Assembly: GCF_049337375.1 (NCBI RefSeq)
Contig: NZ_JBMPIV010000001.1
DNA from: Nannocystis pusilla
GTDB lineage: Bacteria; Myxococcota_A; Polyangia; Nannocystales; Nannocystaceae
Length of the DNA stretch: 64,000 bases
Direction: 5' to 3' (one strand)
Part shown: piece by piece, positions 50,745 to 60,588 of the stretch
Layout of the letters: every line of letters begins with the position of its first letter
Position numbering within the stretch: position 1 is the stretch's first letter
Position numbers and translations under genes: made by a program
The notes under the pieces: generated by a model
Told to the model about the DNA's origin: nothing
The model's database searches: none
What the model saw: the letters and a program-made list of their open reading frames with translations, nothing else

Positions 50745-51383
50745 TCAGGCGGCGGGCGGGCCCGGGACGTCGGGGGCGTAGTGCGCGAGCGAGGCCTGCA
50801 GCAGGCCGGCGATCTCGTCGGCGGTGGCGGTGCCCGAGGCGGCCGCGGCGGCGGCCCAGGCGTGCGCGGACTGGCGCGAGAACTCCTGGACCTCGCGCGA
50901 GTTGGCGGCGGCCGCCGGGTCTTCGACGAGGTGGCCGCGCAGGTACTGATCGAGGCCGAGCAGGCCGCCGTCCCAGCCGGGGCCGACGAACAGCGAGCCG
51001 GCGCCGCTGCCCGCGAGCTCGATCGGGACGTTGTGCTCGACCTCGAGGTTCGTGGTGTCGTTGTCGCCCGGGGCCAGCCGCACCTCGACGACGCTGGTCT
51101 CGCCGCCCCAGGTCAGCTTCAAGAGGCGCGGGGGATCGCAGCGGAGGATGTCGCCGCCGGCGTTGCCCTTGAGCTGGAACTTGCCGCCCTCGCGCAGGTC
51201 GCCGCTGAGCTGCGAAAACCACCGCTTGACCCGATCGGGGTCGGTGATGGCCTCCCACACGTCGGCCGGGGTGCTGTCGTAGGTGCGGCGCAGCAGCACC
51301 GAGATGCCCTGGCCGCCGGCGGCGGTGGGCCGGCGGGCGACGTCGCGGTGAATGGCGTTGATCTGGTGGACGATGTCGATCAT
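50745..51383 (-). CDS. SRPBCC (AHSA1/polyketide-cyclase-like) domain protein
   Basis: WEAITDPDRVKRWF…GGKFQL…LKLTW are AHSA1/SRPBCC motifs. It has a 4-bp overlap with the upstream ArsR gene. Confidence 0.8.
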   Translation of the reverse strand: MIDIVHQINAIHRDVARRPTAAGGQGISVLLRRTYDSTPADVWEAITDPDRVKRWFSQLSGDLREGGKFQLKGNAGGDILRCDPPRLLKLTWGGETSVVEVRLAPGDNDTTNLEVEHNVPIELAGSGAGSLFVGPGWDGGLLGLDQYLRGHLVEDPAAAANSREVQEFSRQSAHAWAAAAAASGTATADEIAGLLQASLAHYAPDVPGPPAA

Positions 51384-51751
51384 GTGTCTTCGCTCTCCGT
51401 GGCTCGGGCCTTGAGTCGTCGTTCACGTTTGCCGCGCGCGATCTCGGTGGCCAGCGCGTCCAGGCGCTGCTCCCAATAATGGCGGAATGGCGCGAGCCAA
51501 TCGTCGACCTCCTGCAGCCGCTCGGGGGTGACTGCATAGAGGCGACGGGTGCCCTCGGGCCGCACCGTGGCGAATCCGTGGTCCCGCAGGACCCGCAGGT
51601 GCTGGGATACCGCCGGTTGAGAGATTCCGAATTGGTCCTGGATCACCTTGGTGATGGCGCCCGAGGATTGCTCGCCGTCGGCCAGCAACTCGAGGATCCG
51701 GCGCCGCACCGGGTCGCCCAGGATGTCGAACGCGTGCACTGCGCTGCTCAT
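51380..51751 (-). CDS. ArsR/SmtB-family transcriptional regulator
   Basis: The HTH is LADGEQSSGAITKVIQDQFGISQPAVSQHLRVL. The winged-helix size is typical. The ATG at 51751 follows a TTG-ATA. Confidence 0.85.
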   Translation of the reverse strand: MSSAVHAFDILGDPVRRRILELLADGEQSSGAITKVIQDQFGISQPAVSQHLRVLRDHGFATVRPEGTRRLYAVTPERLQEVDDWLAPFRHYWEQRLDALATEIARGKRERRLKARATESEDT

Positions 51752-51758
51752 TATCAAT

Positions 51759-51778
51759 TTTTACTTATATAAGTCAAC
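51759..51778. promoter_or_regulatory. AT-rich palindromic operator (TTtACTTATATAAGTcAA, with a 12-bp perfect core ACTTATATAAGT) 8-27 bp upstream of the ArsR-family gene start
   Basis: It is a near-perfect inverted repeat inside an AT-rich island of about 45 bp in a 70% GC context. The position and symmetry are typical of ArsR/SmtB autoregulatory operators. Confidence 0.6.
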
Positions 51779-52215
51779 ATTAAAATTAATTCGGGCCTCT
51801 GGGCGAGAATTGGCGGCTGAATCGGCAGTGTGCGAAAACGATCGAGCGCGAGATCGCGCCCGGATCCGGGCGGCGATGGAGGCTCGCGGCTCCCAGGGAG
51901 GCGAGAGGGGGTCGCTCGGCTGACGCGTGACGGGCAGTCGTCGGCGACTGGGGCGCCCGGCGAATGCTCGGTGCTCGCGCACGCCCATCGCCGACAGAAC
52001 GGAGCGTCGGCCGGACGGAGAATGACGCTGCATTCGCCGATCTCGGTGTCGCTACATTCATGGCGACGAGCTCGGCAGCCGCGGAGCGACGCCTCCGAAT
52101 CAGCGCACCACCGAGGCGGGCGCGTCGCGTGAATGCGCGGCTCGTCCGGCCGAACCCACGCGCTGCGATTCGGGCGAGGCCGGCCGCGCGGGCGCGCGAC
52201 CGGCGAGGGACAAGG

Positions 52216-54321
52216 TCACTTCGCGGGCGCAGCGCGGCGGGCGAACTCGAGGTCGAGGCGGACGCGGCCGCCGACGACGTCGGCGGCGAGGCGGAAGCCG
52301 CGGCCGGTGAGCCACGACTGCAAGAAGCCGGCGTCGCGCGGGCCGTCGTCGAAGCTGCCGATCAGGCGCCACAGGTCGGGCAGCTCGCCGTAGAACGCGG
52401 GGTTCGTCTCCTTGTCGCGCTCGACGTCGGCGAGCAGCCACTTGAGGCGGTCCTGGCCGTCGGCGGCGGCGATCCAGCCGAACTCGACGTCCTTGTCGCC
52501 GAGGCGCACGGTGCCGGGGTCGGTGACGAGGTAGACCTGCACCGGGGCCTCGGCCTCGGACAGCCCGGCCGCCTCCACCTTGCCGTCGACGCCGGTCACG
52601 GTGACCGGGGAGAAGCGCATCGACGACAGGCCGACGAGCGAGCGGAACAACGCGAGGTCCTGGCCCTGCACGCGCGAGTAGGCGACGTAGTCGGTCTGCA
52701 CGCCGCGATCGCCGATCTGCAGGCTGCGCAGGCTGCCGCCGAAGCCCTCGACCCGGCCGAGGATGTCGAGCACGGTGCGGATGATGCCGGCCTCCATGCC
52801 CTTCTGCTCGCGACCCCAGCGCTCGATCATGCCGAGCGCGCTCGGCCAGGTCTCGAGCATGAGGACGGCCGGGCCGAAGTCGCCGGCGTTCTCGATCGCC
52901 TCGCTGAAGGCCCGCTCGTCGCGGCCGTAGAGGCCGATCGCCAGCTCGCCGAGGCCGGCCAGCGGCGGCAGGCCGGAGCTGCGCCAGCACGCGAGGGCGC
53001 CGTCGCACAGGCCGGCGAGGCTGGGCACGCCGACGCCGGCGGCGGCGCGCGAGAATGTCTTTTCGGCCAGGTCGGCGGCGGCGGGGTCGACTGGCTCCCA
53101 GGACATGGTCATCTGGACAGTCTCGGGATCGACCGCGGCCTCGAGGCGCACGCCGGAGAACAGCCGCCTCGTCTCGCGCAGCTGCTCGAGCGCGGCCCGC
53201 TGCCCGAGCGCGCGCGAGACTTTCTCCGCCCGCTGCCCGGGCTCGTACCAGCGCAGGTCGCGGACGGTGTCGGCGATCTCGTAGACCTCGGACACCGCGG
53301 GCAGGGCGGCGGCGTCGGCGTAGGCCGCGAAGTCGCCGCGCAGGGTCGCGAGCACCGGCAGCTCGGCGGGGCCGGCCGCGAGGCCGTTGGTGACGGTGGT
53401 GACGCGATCGGGGTCCCACGCCGCGCCGGTGCCGGCGGGGAAGAAGAACAGGTCGAGGACGACCGCGGCGGCCTCCTTGCGCGCGACCAGCAGGGCGCCG
53501 GCGTCGCCGAAGCAGAACTCGCTCGGGCCGATCTGGCCGCACAGGGTCGCGATCTCCGGCGGCCGCTCCTTGCGGACCATCCGCGTCAGCAGGGCCGGCA
53601 GGGCGGCGGGGTCCTTGGCGGGCAGGTGGACGCGGTTGTGGAACGCGAGGCTACCTGCCCCTCGGGCCATGGCCTCCTGGTCAGGTGACGGGGCGTCGGG
53701 CGGCGGCGGCTTCCACGGCTCGGGGATCGGCGTGACCGGCTGGACCGGCGCCGAGTCCAAATACGGCTGCGGCGGGCTCGGCGGGGCCGGCGGCGCGGGC
53801 GGCGGCCGCACGGGGCGCGGGGACGGCCAGGGGGCGACGTCCGCCGGCGTGGTCGCGGCCGCGGGGAACGGGTTCGGCAGGTCCGGCGCGCTGCCGATCC
53901 GCTGCAGGGCCTCGCGCACGCCGGGCATGGTGACGGCGATCGGCCGCGCGATCGTGACGGTGACGTGGGCGTCGGGGTCGAGGCCGAGGCGGGCGGCGAC
54001 GTCGTCGACGCGCGGGTCGAAGCCGAGGTCGACGCCGGCGCGGGAGACCTCGCGCGCGGTGTCCGGATCCAGCGGCAGCGACTGCAGGTACTTCTGGATC
54101 GCACCTGGCTTCAAGGCCATGTAGACGAAACCGCCGGCGAGGTACCCCGGGCCCTGGCCGACGGTCGCGCGCTCGAGCGGCGGCATGCGGGCGTGGATCG
54201 CCCGCAGCGCGGGATCGGTGGGGTCGTCGGGGGCCCCGGCGCCGCCGCGGCCGCAGGCGAGGGCGAGGACGGCGGCGAGACCGAGGCCGAGGCGAGGACG
54301 CGCGAGGGCGTGAGGCATCAC
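52216..54321 (-). CDS. Large hypothetical lipoprotein (701 aa) with a Pro-rich linker
   Basis: It has a signal peptide and lipobox (LALACG). Composition is good throughout. A PPPAPPAPPSPP linker is present. There is no recognisable domain. Confidence 0.7.
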   Translation of the reverse strand: MMPHALARPRLGLGLAAVLALACGRGGAGAPDDPTDPALRAIHARMPPLERATVGQGPGYLAGGFVYMALKPGAIQKYLQSLPLDPDTAREVSRAGVDLGFDPRVDDVAARLGLDPDAHVTVTIARPIAVTMPGVREALQRIGSAPDLPNPFPAAATTPADVAPWPSPRPVRPPPAPPAPPSPPQPYLDSAPVQPVTPIPEPWKPPPPDAPSPDQEAMARGAGSLAFHNRVHLPAKDPAALPALLTRMVRKERPPEIATLCGQIGPSEFCFGDAGALLVARKEAAAVVLDLFFFPAGTGAAWDPDRVTTVTNGLAAGPAELPVLATLRGDFAAYADAAALPAVSEVYEIADTVRDLRWYEPGQRAEKVSRALGQRAALEQLRETRRLFSGVRLEAAVDPETVQMTMSWEPVDPAAADLAEKTFSRAAAGVGVPSLAGLCDGALACWRSSGLPPLAGLGELAIGLYGRDERAFSEAIENAGDFGPAVLMLETWPSALGMIERWGREQKGMEAGIIRTVLDILGRVEGFGGSLRSLQIGDRGVQTDYVAYSRVQGQDLALFRSLVGLSSMRFSPVTVTGVDGKVEAAGLSEAEAPVQVYLVTDPGTVRLGDKDVEFGWIAAADGQDRLKWLLADVERDKETNPAFYGELPDLWRLIGSFDDGPRDAGFLQSWLTGRGFRLAADVVGGRVRLDLEFARRAAPAK

Positions 54322-54488
54322 CCGAGGATACGCCGAGCGCCCGGCGGCAAACAGCCCTCGCCTTGGGACCGTCGATTCGTCGCACCCGCGGCGACGAGCG
54401 AGCGAGCCGCGAGCGCTCGAAAACGGTCGCGGCCGCGCCGTCCAGGCGACGATGCGGACGGAGCGGCCGGGTCACGCGAGCGCGCGAG

Positions 54489-55067
54489 CTATTTGGCGCA
54501 CCAGATCTCGTACTCGACGAGCATGCCCGGGATCGCCAGGGCGTCGACGATCCGCAGGGTTCCGGCCGCCGGCTTGATGTTCACGGGGGCGAAGTAGTCG
54601 GCGAACAGGCCGAGGATCGCGTTGAACTCGCCGTCGGTGACGTCGGTCGTCATCGTGAACTCGATGCGGATGATGTCCTTGCGGTCGTAGCCGGCGTCGT
54701 CGAGGTATTCGTCGAAGTGGTCCAGGATGTACTGCGTCTGCCCGACGGCGTCGCCGGGGAACATGATCTGACCGTTCGAATCGTGCGCGCCGTGGCCGGC
54801 GATGAGGAACAGCTCGTCGATGTTCCGCAGCTTGAGGCCCCAATTGAAGATAGCCCCGAAGTCGGGCGCCTCCGGGTTCGGCACCGCGATCTTCTTGAAG
54901 TGGCCGTTATTGTTATTGTTATTACCGTTGCCGTTGCCGTTGCCTTGGCCCCAGCCGTTGCCGTTGCCGTTACCGTGACCCCAGCCGTTACCCGATACTA
55001 CTTGAGGCGCCGCGATCGACATCGAGAGCGCGAGGAGAATCGTCGAAATGAATACTGGCCGCTGCAT
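54489..55067 (-). CDS. RidA/YjgF-like (Rid family) secreted protein with an N-terminal Gly-Asn repeat
   Basis: It has a signal peptide (MQRPVFISTILLALSMSIAAPQ) and a (GNGN)n/Asn-run low-complexity region. The C-terminus (…IEFTMTTDV…) is Rid-like. GC is locally low. Confidence 0.65.
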   Translation of the reverse strand: MQRPVFISTILLALSMSIAAPQVVSGNGWGHGNGNGNGWGQGNGNGNGNNNNNNGHFKKIAVPNPEAPDFGAIFNWGLKLRNIDELFLIAGHGAHDSNGQIMFPGDAVGQTQYILDHFDEYLDDAGYDRKDIIRIEFTMTTDVTDGEFNAILGLFADYFAPVNIKPAAGTLRIVDALAIPGMLVEYEIWCAK

Positions 55068-55581
55068 CCCACACCTCCAACCAGGACACGTTACGGCGCC
55101 GGTGATACTCGTGTCAATCGCCGTCGATGCGCATGCATCAACTTTGGGGCAGCGCCGCGTACCTTGCTTCACTTCACCCACGGCGGCTGACAGGTGGTTT
55201 CGGGCGCAGGCCGGGGTTCATGGCGCAATTCGTCGGCGCGCCGAGGATTCACCTATGATCATTGTTTCGCGGGGCGGCAGATGTCGGCCCGCGCGGCTCA
55301 CTCTCGGGCCGGGCCTGTCCACAGCCGCGTGCGACGAATCGCGGGCGAGGGCGCGCCCTACAATGTATATAGTGCGAGTCGCCGTCGGCGAATCCGGGGG
55401 CGCGCAAATGTCAATTGGGGACGTCGCACCGCGTGGGTCGTGACGCCCCTCGTCGATGGCAGTCGACCCCGCGCGCGGTCACCTGTCCGGCGCCCTCGGC
55501 CGTGGCGGAAGAGACATGTTTCAGCGCTTTCGCGCGGCCCGGACGACCCCGGACGCGGCCGTCCGGATATGCTCGCCGGCG

Positions 55582-55869
55582 ATGTACTTCGTGCTCCGCT
55601 ACGAACTCGTCGACGATTACCTCGAACGCCGTACGCCGCTGCGGCCCGAACACCTGGCGCTGGCCCGTGCGGCCGTCGAGCGCGGCGAGCTGCGGCTCGG
55701 CGGCGCGCTTGCCGAGCCGGCCGACGAAGCCATGCTGGTGTTCCGCGGGCCCGACCCGTCCGCCGCGGAGGCGTTCGCCCACGCCGATCCTTACGTCCGG
55801 GAAGGGCTGGTCCGCCGCTGGACCGTGAGGCCCTGGACGGTCGTGATCGGGGCCGACTTCGCGGGCTGA
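55582..55869 (+). CDS. YciI-like protein (95 aa)
   Basis: MYFVLRYELVDDYLERR…HLALARAAVERGELRLGGA…EAFAHADPYV is the YCII-related domain signature. Confidence 0.8.
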   Translation: MYFVLRYELVDDYLERRTPLRPEHLALARAAVERGELRLGGALAEPADEAMLVFRGPDPSAAEAFAHADPYVREGLVRRWTVRPWTVVIGADFAG

Positions 55870-56567
55870 AGACCGGCGAGCGCGGCGAGGCCAGGACGCT
55901 GCGATTTTGGCCGCCCGGCGGCGGCCCGAGCTGCTCTGCTCGGTCGCCAGGGGCGATGCGGGGCATGCGTCGCGGCGCTCCGGCTCGTGGTGGCGGCGCT
56001 GGGGCTCGCTCCCGGACGACGCTGCGGCCCTGCAGACGCCGTCGTGAGGACGGGCCTCACGAAGACGCCTGGTCGATCGGACAGGCCCTCGAACGAGGCG
56101 GCGGTCGGCGCACGTCGAGGTGAGCGCCGACTCGGCCCCGCGGCGACCGAAGACGGATGGCTGGGCGCGGCGCTTCGAGGCGGGCGTCGCCTCGGTCCGC
56201 GGCGCACGGAGACGCGAAAGCTGGGCGGTGCGTCGAGGCGGACCTCGTCGCAGTCCGCGGCGCCCGGCAACGCGAGGACCGTGCGGCGCCTCGAGGTCGT
56301 ACCGGCCCGTAGCGATGCGTCCGGTACTTCGACCTGAAGCCAGTGAGCTCTCCCTGTCCCAGGTCATGACGGGTCGAGGCAGACGTCGCCGCGATCCGCA
56401 GTGAGGCGCGGAGCGGGGGCCGCACGCGACATGACCCAAGGGACAGCCTCTCGCGCACACACCCGGGGGCTGCGCGTTCTTGCAGGGGCGACGGTCGAGC
56501 CGAGCCCCCGGGGAAAGTCGATCGGCGCTTGACAAGCATGCTTTCCATCGTGGAAAGAGTACGCGTC

Positions 56568-57677
56568 ATGTCCGAAAGCGAGCCGAACCGGGTGCGCGCG
56601 GTGCGAGAGGCCCGTGGTCTGTCGCAGAGCGAGCTCGCGGCGGCGGCCAGCCTGTCGCGGCAGAGCGTGGGGGCGATCGAGGCCGGGCGGGCGACCCCCG
56701 CGGTCGACGTGGCGCTGCGGCTGGCGCGGGCGCTGGATTGTCGGGTCGAGGAGCTGTTCGCGCTGGCGGACGCGGAGCTGCGCGTCGAAGCCGAGCCGGT
56801 CGGGCCGGTGCAGGCCGGTCGGGTCGCGCTGGCCCACCTCGGCGGGCGCTGGGTGACGTATCCGCTGGCGGGCGAGGCGATGCGGCTGGCGGCCGACGCG
56901 ATCGTGGCGGAGGCGCCGAAGCGACGCGGGCGGGTCCAGGTCGAGCTGGTGCGGCCGCGGGCCGAGGCGCAGGACAACCTGATCGTCATGGGCTGCGCGG
57001 CGGCGCTGGGAGTGCTGGCCGATCGCCTGAGCGGGCGCGCGGGGGCGGGGCGGGTGATGTGGCTGCCGCGCTCGAGCACGCAGGCGCTGGCGGCGTTGGC
57101 GGCCGAGCACACGCACGTGGCGGGGGTGCACCTGATCGACGGGCGCACCGGCGAGGCCAACGTGCCCGACGTCCGCAAGCACGCGGCCGCGGCGATCGTG
57201 CTGATCACTCTGGCGCGGTGGGAGGCGGGGCTGCTGCTGGCGCCCGGCAATCCGCGGAAGATCCGCGGCGCGGCCGACCTCGGGCGCCGGGGATTGCGGC
57301 TGGTCGCGCGCGAGACCGGCTCGGGCTCGCGGCGGCTGCTCGAGCGCGAGCTCCTGCGCGCGGGCCTGTCGGCGGCGCTGGCCGGGGCGGCGCCGGTGCG
57401 GGCGAGCGGTCACCTCGAGGTGGCGCAGGCGATCGCCAGCGGGGCGGGCGAGGTCGGCGTGGCCACGCGCGACGCCGCGATCGCGTTCGGCCTCGAGTTC
57501 GTGCCGCTGGCCGAGGAGCGCTACGACCTGGCGATCCCGCGGGCCCTGCTGGCCGACCCGCGGCTGGAACGATTCCTCGACGCGATGACCTCGGCGGCGT
57601 TCCGCCGCGAGCTGTCGTCGCTCGGCTACGACGTGCGCGGCTGCGGCGACCGCGTGGCGGAGCTCGACGCCGCCTGA
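56568..57677 (+). CDS. XRE-family HTH transcriptional regulator with a C-terminal periplasmic-binding-protein-like (ModA/PBP-type) domain
   Basis: The HTH is LSQSELAAAASLSRQSVGAIEAGRATPAVDVALRLARAL. A PBP-like alpha/beta domain follows (…IVMGCAAAL…GEVGVATRDAA…). Confidence 0.8.
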   Translation: MSESEPNRVRAVREARGLSQSELAAAASLSRQSVGAIEAGRATPAVDVALRLARALDCRVEELFALADAELRVEAEPVGPVQAGRVALAHLGGRWVTYPLAGEAMRLAADAIVAEAPKRRGRVQVELVRPRAEAQDNLIVMGCAAALGVLADRLSGRAGAGRVMWLPRSSTQALAALAAEHTHVAGVHLIDGRTGEANVPDVRKHAAAAIVLITLARWEAGLLLAPGNPRKIRGAADLGRRGLRLVARETGSGSRRLLERELLRAGLSAALAGAAPVRASGHLEVAQAIASGAGEVGVATRDAAIAFGLEFVPLAEERYDLAIPRALLADPRLERFLDAMTSAAFRRELSSLGYDVRGCGDRVAELDAA

Positions 57678-57692
57678 CCTTTGGAGCAGATC

Positions 57693-58682
57693 ATGAAGAC
57701 ACGCGTGTGGACGATGACTGCGGCGCTGGCGGCCTGTGTGCCGCAGGCCGCGACGACCGCGACCGAGAGCGAGGCGGGCACGGACGCGAGCGGGACCGCG
57801 AGCGAGGCGACCGCCGACGCGCCGACGACGGCGGACGCGACGACCGGGGCGCCGGCGCAGTGCGGGACGTTCCCGCCGTACCGCATCGACGTGCAGGCCG
57901 AGCCCAACGGGCTCTACTGGCGCGTCGACGAGCAGCGGCTGTACATCGCCGACGACGACAACAACCGCGTGCTGGTGCGCGACGAGGACGGGGCGACGGA
58001 GGTGTTCGCGGAGATCCCGAACCCCTCCGGCGATCCCGGCTCCGACGGCCTCGGCGACCTCGACTTCGCCGCCGACGGCACGCTCTACCTGCCGCGCTTC
58101 GGCTTCGGGATGCCCGGGCTGGGGGCGATCTTCCGCGTCGGGCCCGAGGGCAAGGCAGAGGCGCTCGCGGGCGTCGACGACGAGTGGCGCCGCGTCGGCC
58201 TCGACTACGACGACGCGCACGGGCTGCTCTACGTGGCCACCTACTCGCGCGACGCCGACGACGTGTACACCGGCTGGATCGCCAGCGTCGACCCGGTCGC
58301 CGGCGTCGAGACGATGATCGTCGGCGGCCTCAGCAAGCCGGTCGGGATCGCGGTGCTCGGCGACACCCTGTTCGTCGGCGACCAGTCACAGCGGCAACTG
58401 TTCAAACTCGACCTGAAGGCCGCGGCGCCGGCGTTGACGCTGGTGTCGGACGAGTTCGAGTCGCTCGACCTGATGGAGACGACACCCGACGGGGCCCTGC
58501 TGGTGCTGTCGTACGACACCGCCAACAGCACCGGCCGCGTCTATCGCGTGACCGGGGACGGGACGATCTCGACGGTCGCGGAGGGCGACTGGGAGCCGCG
58601 TGGGATCGCCTTCGACGGGGTCAGCCGGATCTTCGTGTCCGCCCGCGACACCCAGCAGATCGTGGTCGTGCCCGCCTGTTGA
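57693..58682 (+). CDS. SMP-30/gluconolactonase/NHL-type beta-propeller lipoprotein
   Basis: It has a lipobox (LAACV) and an Ala/Thr linker. There are repeated …LYIADDDNNRV…, …LYVATYS…, …LFVGDQSQRQL… blades. Confidence 0.75.
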   Translation: MKTRVWTMTAALAACVPQAATTATESEAGTDASGTASEATADAPTTADATTGAPAQCGTFPPYRIDVQAEPNGLYWRVDEQRLYIADDDNNRVLVRDEDGATEVFAEIPNPSGDPGSDGLGDLDFAADGTLYLPRFGFGMPGLGAIFRVGPEGKAEALAGVDDEWRRVGLDYDDAHGLLYVATYSRDADDVYTGWIASVDPVAGVETMIVGGLSKPVGIAVLGDTLFVGDQSQRQLFKLDLKAAAPALTLVSDEFESLDLMETTPDGALLVLSYDTANSTGRVYRVTGDGTISTVAEGDWEPRGIAFDGVSRIFVSARDTQQIVVVPAC

Positions 58683-58688
58683 GCGCCC

Positions 58689-60110
58689 GTGGACGCGACG
58701 ACCTTCATCCTCGCCGCGGCGCTGGGGGCCGCGCCGGCCGACGAGATCACCAGCGTCCCGGTGCCCGAGGCCCGCGAGGCGGCGCCGCAGGTGCCGGCGG
58801 CGGCCGACGGCGGCAGTGTCCCGGAGGACATGTCTGGAGCGACAGGTCCTCGGGGACCTGTCATCGAGACCACCTCGGCCGCCGTGCAGGGGACGGGCGA
58901 ACCTGGCGGCGCCGTCCCGGCGGGTCCCGTCCCGGCGGGTCCTGTCGCGCCGACGGGCGCCCCCGCTCGGGATGCCTCGAAGGACATGCCCCCGGGGACA
59001 GCCAGGCCGCCGCTGCGCGAGCGGCTGCAGTTCTTCCCGTACGGGTGGATCCGCACCGACGCGACCTGGTACTCGGCGCCGCGCGAGGGCTACAGCAACA
59101 TCAGCCTGGCGGGGGCGCGGATCGGCGGCGGGGTCCAGATCGGGCCGGTCACCGCGTTCGTGACGATCGAGGCGGCGCAGGCCAAGGGGCCGCAGCTGTT
59201 CGACGCGTTCATCGCCTGGGCCGCGGCGCCGCGGCTGCGGCTGCGGGCCGGCCAGTTCAAGGCGCCGTTCGGCCTGCGCTTCAACGCGCCCGACCTGGTC
59301 GACGAGCTGCCGCGCGCGCCGCTGTCGATGCTGGCGGCCACGCCTGGGCGACAGGTCGGGCTCGAGGTGGCCTACGACTTCTGGCGCTGGGCCGAGGTCA
59401 CCGCCGCGGTGTTCTCCGGCATCGGCCAGAACCGCGAGGCCAACAACACCAAGATCGCGCTCGCCGGCAAGGTGCAGCTCAGCCCGCTGGCGTTCCTGCG
59501 GCGCGGCCCGCAGCTCCTGCTGGTGGCGTCGGTGTTCGCCTATCACAAGACCAACGGCTTCACGCCGACGGTGACCACCGCGTTCGCCTTCGACTTCTTC
59601 CACGGCCTGCCGAGCACGGGCGCGTCGCGCCGCTTCACGGCCGGCGGCGGGCTGTTCTGGCGCTTCCTCTCGGCCCGCGGCGAGTTCTTCTACACCTACG
59701 ACTCGCGCGAGCGCGACACCGACGGCGACCCGTTCACGCCCGGCGACCCGCTGCCCCAGCTGATCGGCGCCGGCGGCTACGCCCAGGTCGGCGCGGTGGT
59801 GACGGGCCAGGACAAGGACCCGGCGACGCTGCTGCCGCGGCTGGCGAGCCGCCGCGTGCGCGACAGCGCGGTCGAGCTGTCGGCCCGCTTCGAGCGCTTC
59901 CGCGTCGGCGCCCGCGACGTGGTCGGCAACGGCATCACCGCGACGTCGGCCGGCGTGAACTGGGTGCTGCTGCAGCACCTGCGCGTGTTCGCGGCGGTGA
60001 ACTGGCAGCGGCTGGAGACCGCGATCCCCGAGATCCCCCGCGCCACCTCGTGGGGCGTGACCGGCGGTATCGCCGGCTTCTTCCTCGGCCGCGCCGGGCG
60101 CGGCGATTGA
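58689..60110 (+). CDS. Porin-like outer membrane protein (phosphate-selective porin O/P-like)
   Basis: It is beta-strand-rich with alternating hydrophobic residues and an aromatic-rich C-terminus. The start is uncertain (GTG 58689 versus ATG 58986), and the N-terminal region contains GGACATGT-type palindromes. Confidence 0.6.
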   Translation: MDATTFILAAALGAAPADEITSVPVPEAREAAPQVPAAADGGSVPEDMSGATGPRGPVIETTSAAVQGTGEPGGAVPAGPVPAGPVAPTGAPARDASKDMPPGTARPPLRERLQFFPYGWIRTDATWYSAPREGYSNISLAGARIGGGVQIGPVTAFVTIEAAQAKGPQLFDAFIAWAAAPRLRLRAGQFKAPFGLRFNAPDLVDELPRAPLSMLAATPGRQVGLEVAYDFWRWAEVTAAVFSGIGQNREANNTKIALAGKVQLSPLAFLRRGPQLLLVASVFAYHKTNGFTPTVTTAFAFDFFHGLPSTGASRRFTAGGGLFWRFLSARGEFFYTYDSRERDTDGDPFTPGDPLPQLIGAGGYAQVGAVVTGQDKDPATLLPRLASRRVRDSAVELSARFERFRVGARDVVGNGITATSAGVNWVLLQHLRVFAAVNWQRLETAIPEIPRATSWGVTGGIAGFFLGRAGRGD

Positions 60111-60588
60111 CGTGTCCGAAGGGACATGTTCATGAGGTCAGGATTGAGCGCCGCGGGCGAATTCGGCGGCGTCGCGCGGGCGTCACGGCGGGGCGGTTGG
60201 TTCGAGATCGACCTGTCCGTGAGGCCATGTCGATCCTCTCTCGGAGCTCGGGGCGACATGGTCTTCAAAGCATGTCCGGAAGTACATGCGTGAGGCAATT
60301 GTCGCACCACGGACCCTGAGATCGGGCCGCGCTCCGCGGGCCTCCGCCTGCATGCGCGGCGTCCGTGCGGCCCCGATGCGGGGATGTCCGGGAGGACAGG
60401 TTGTGCCGCGGTTGCGAAGACGCGCGAGGACGCCCGAGCGGGCGCTGAAGGGCGCTTCGGGCGGCCCGCGGGCGCGCGCACCTGCGTTCGCCGAACAGCC
60501 CGCGGGACTCGCCCAGGCGCGCTCCCGGGCCTTTCGGGGCGGCCGGCGCGGCGTGTTACGCGGCCGACATGGTGTACCCTGCCGGGCC

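Noticed and set aside
56480-60319. 1279-aa plus-strand ORF
   Set aside because: It lies in frame +2 over three well-supported frame-0 genes (the XRE regulator, the SMP-30-like protein and the porin). It is an Arg/Gly-rich artefact.
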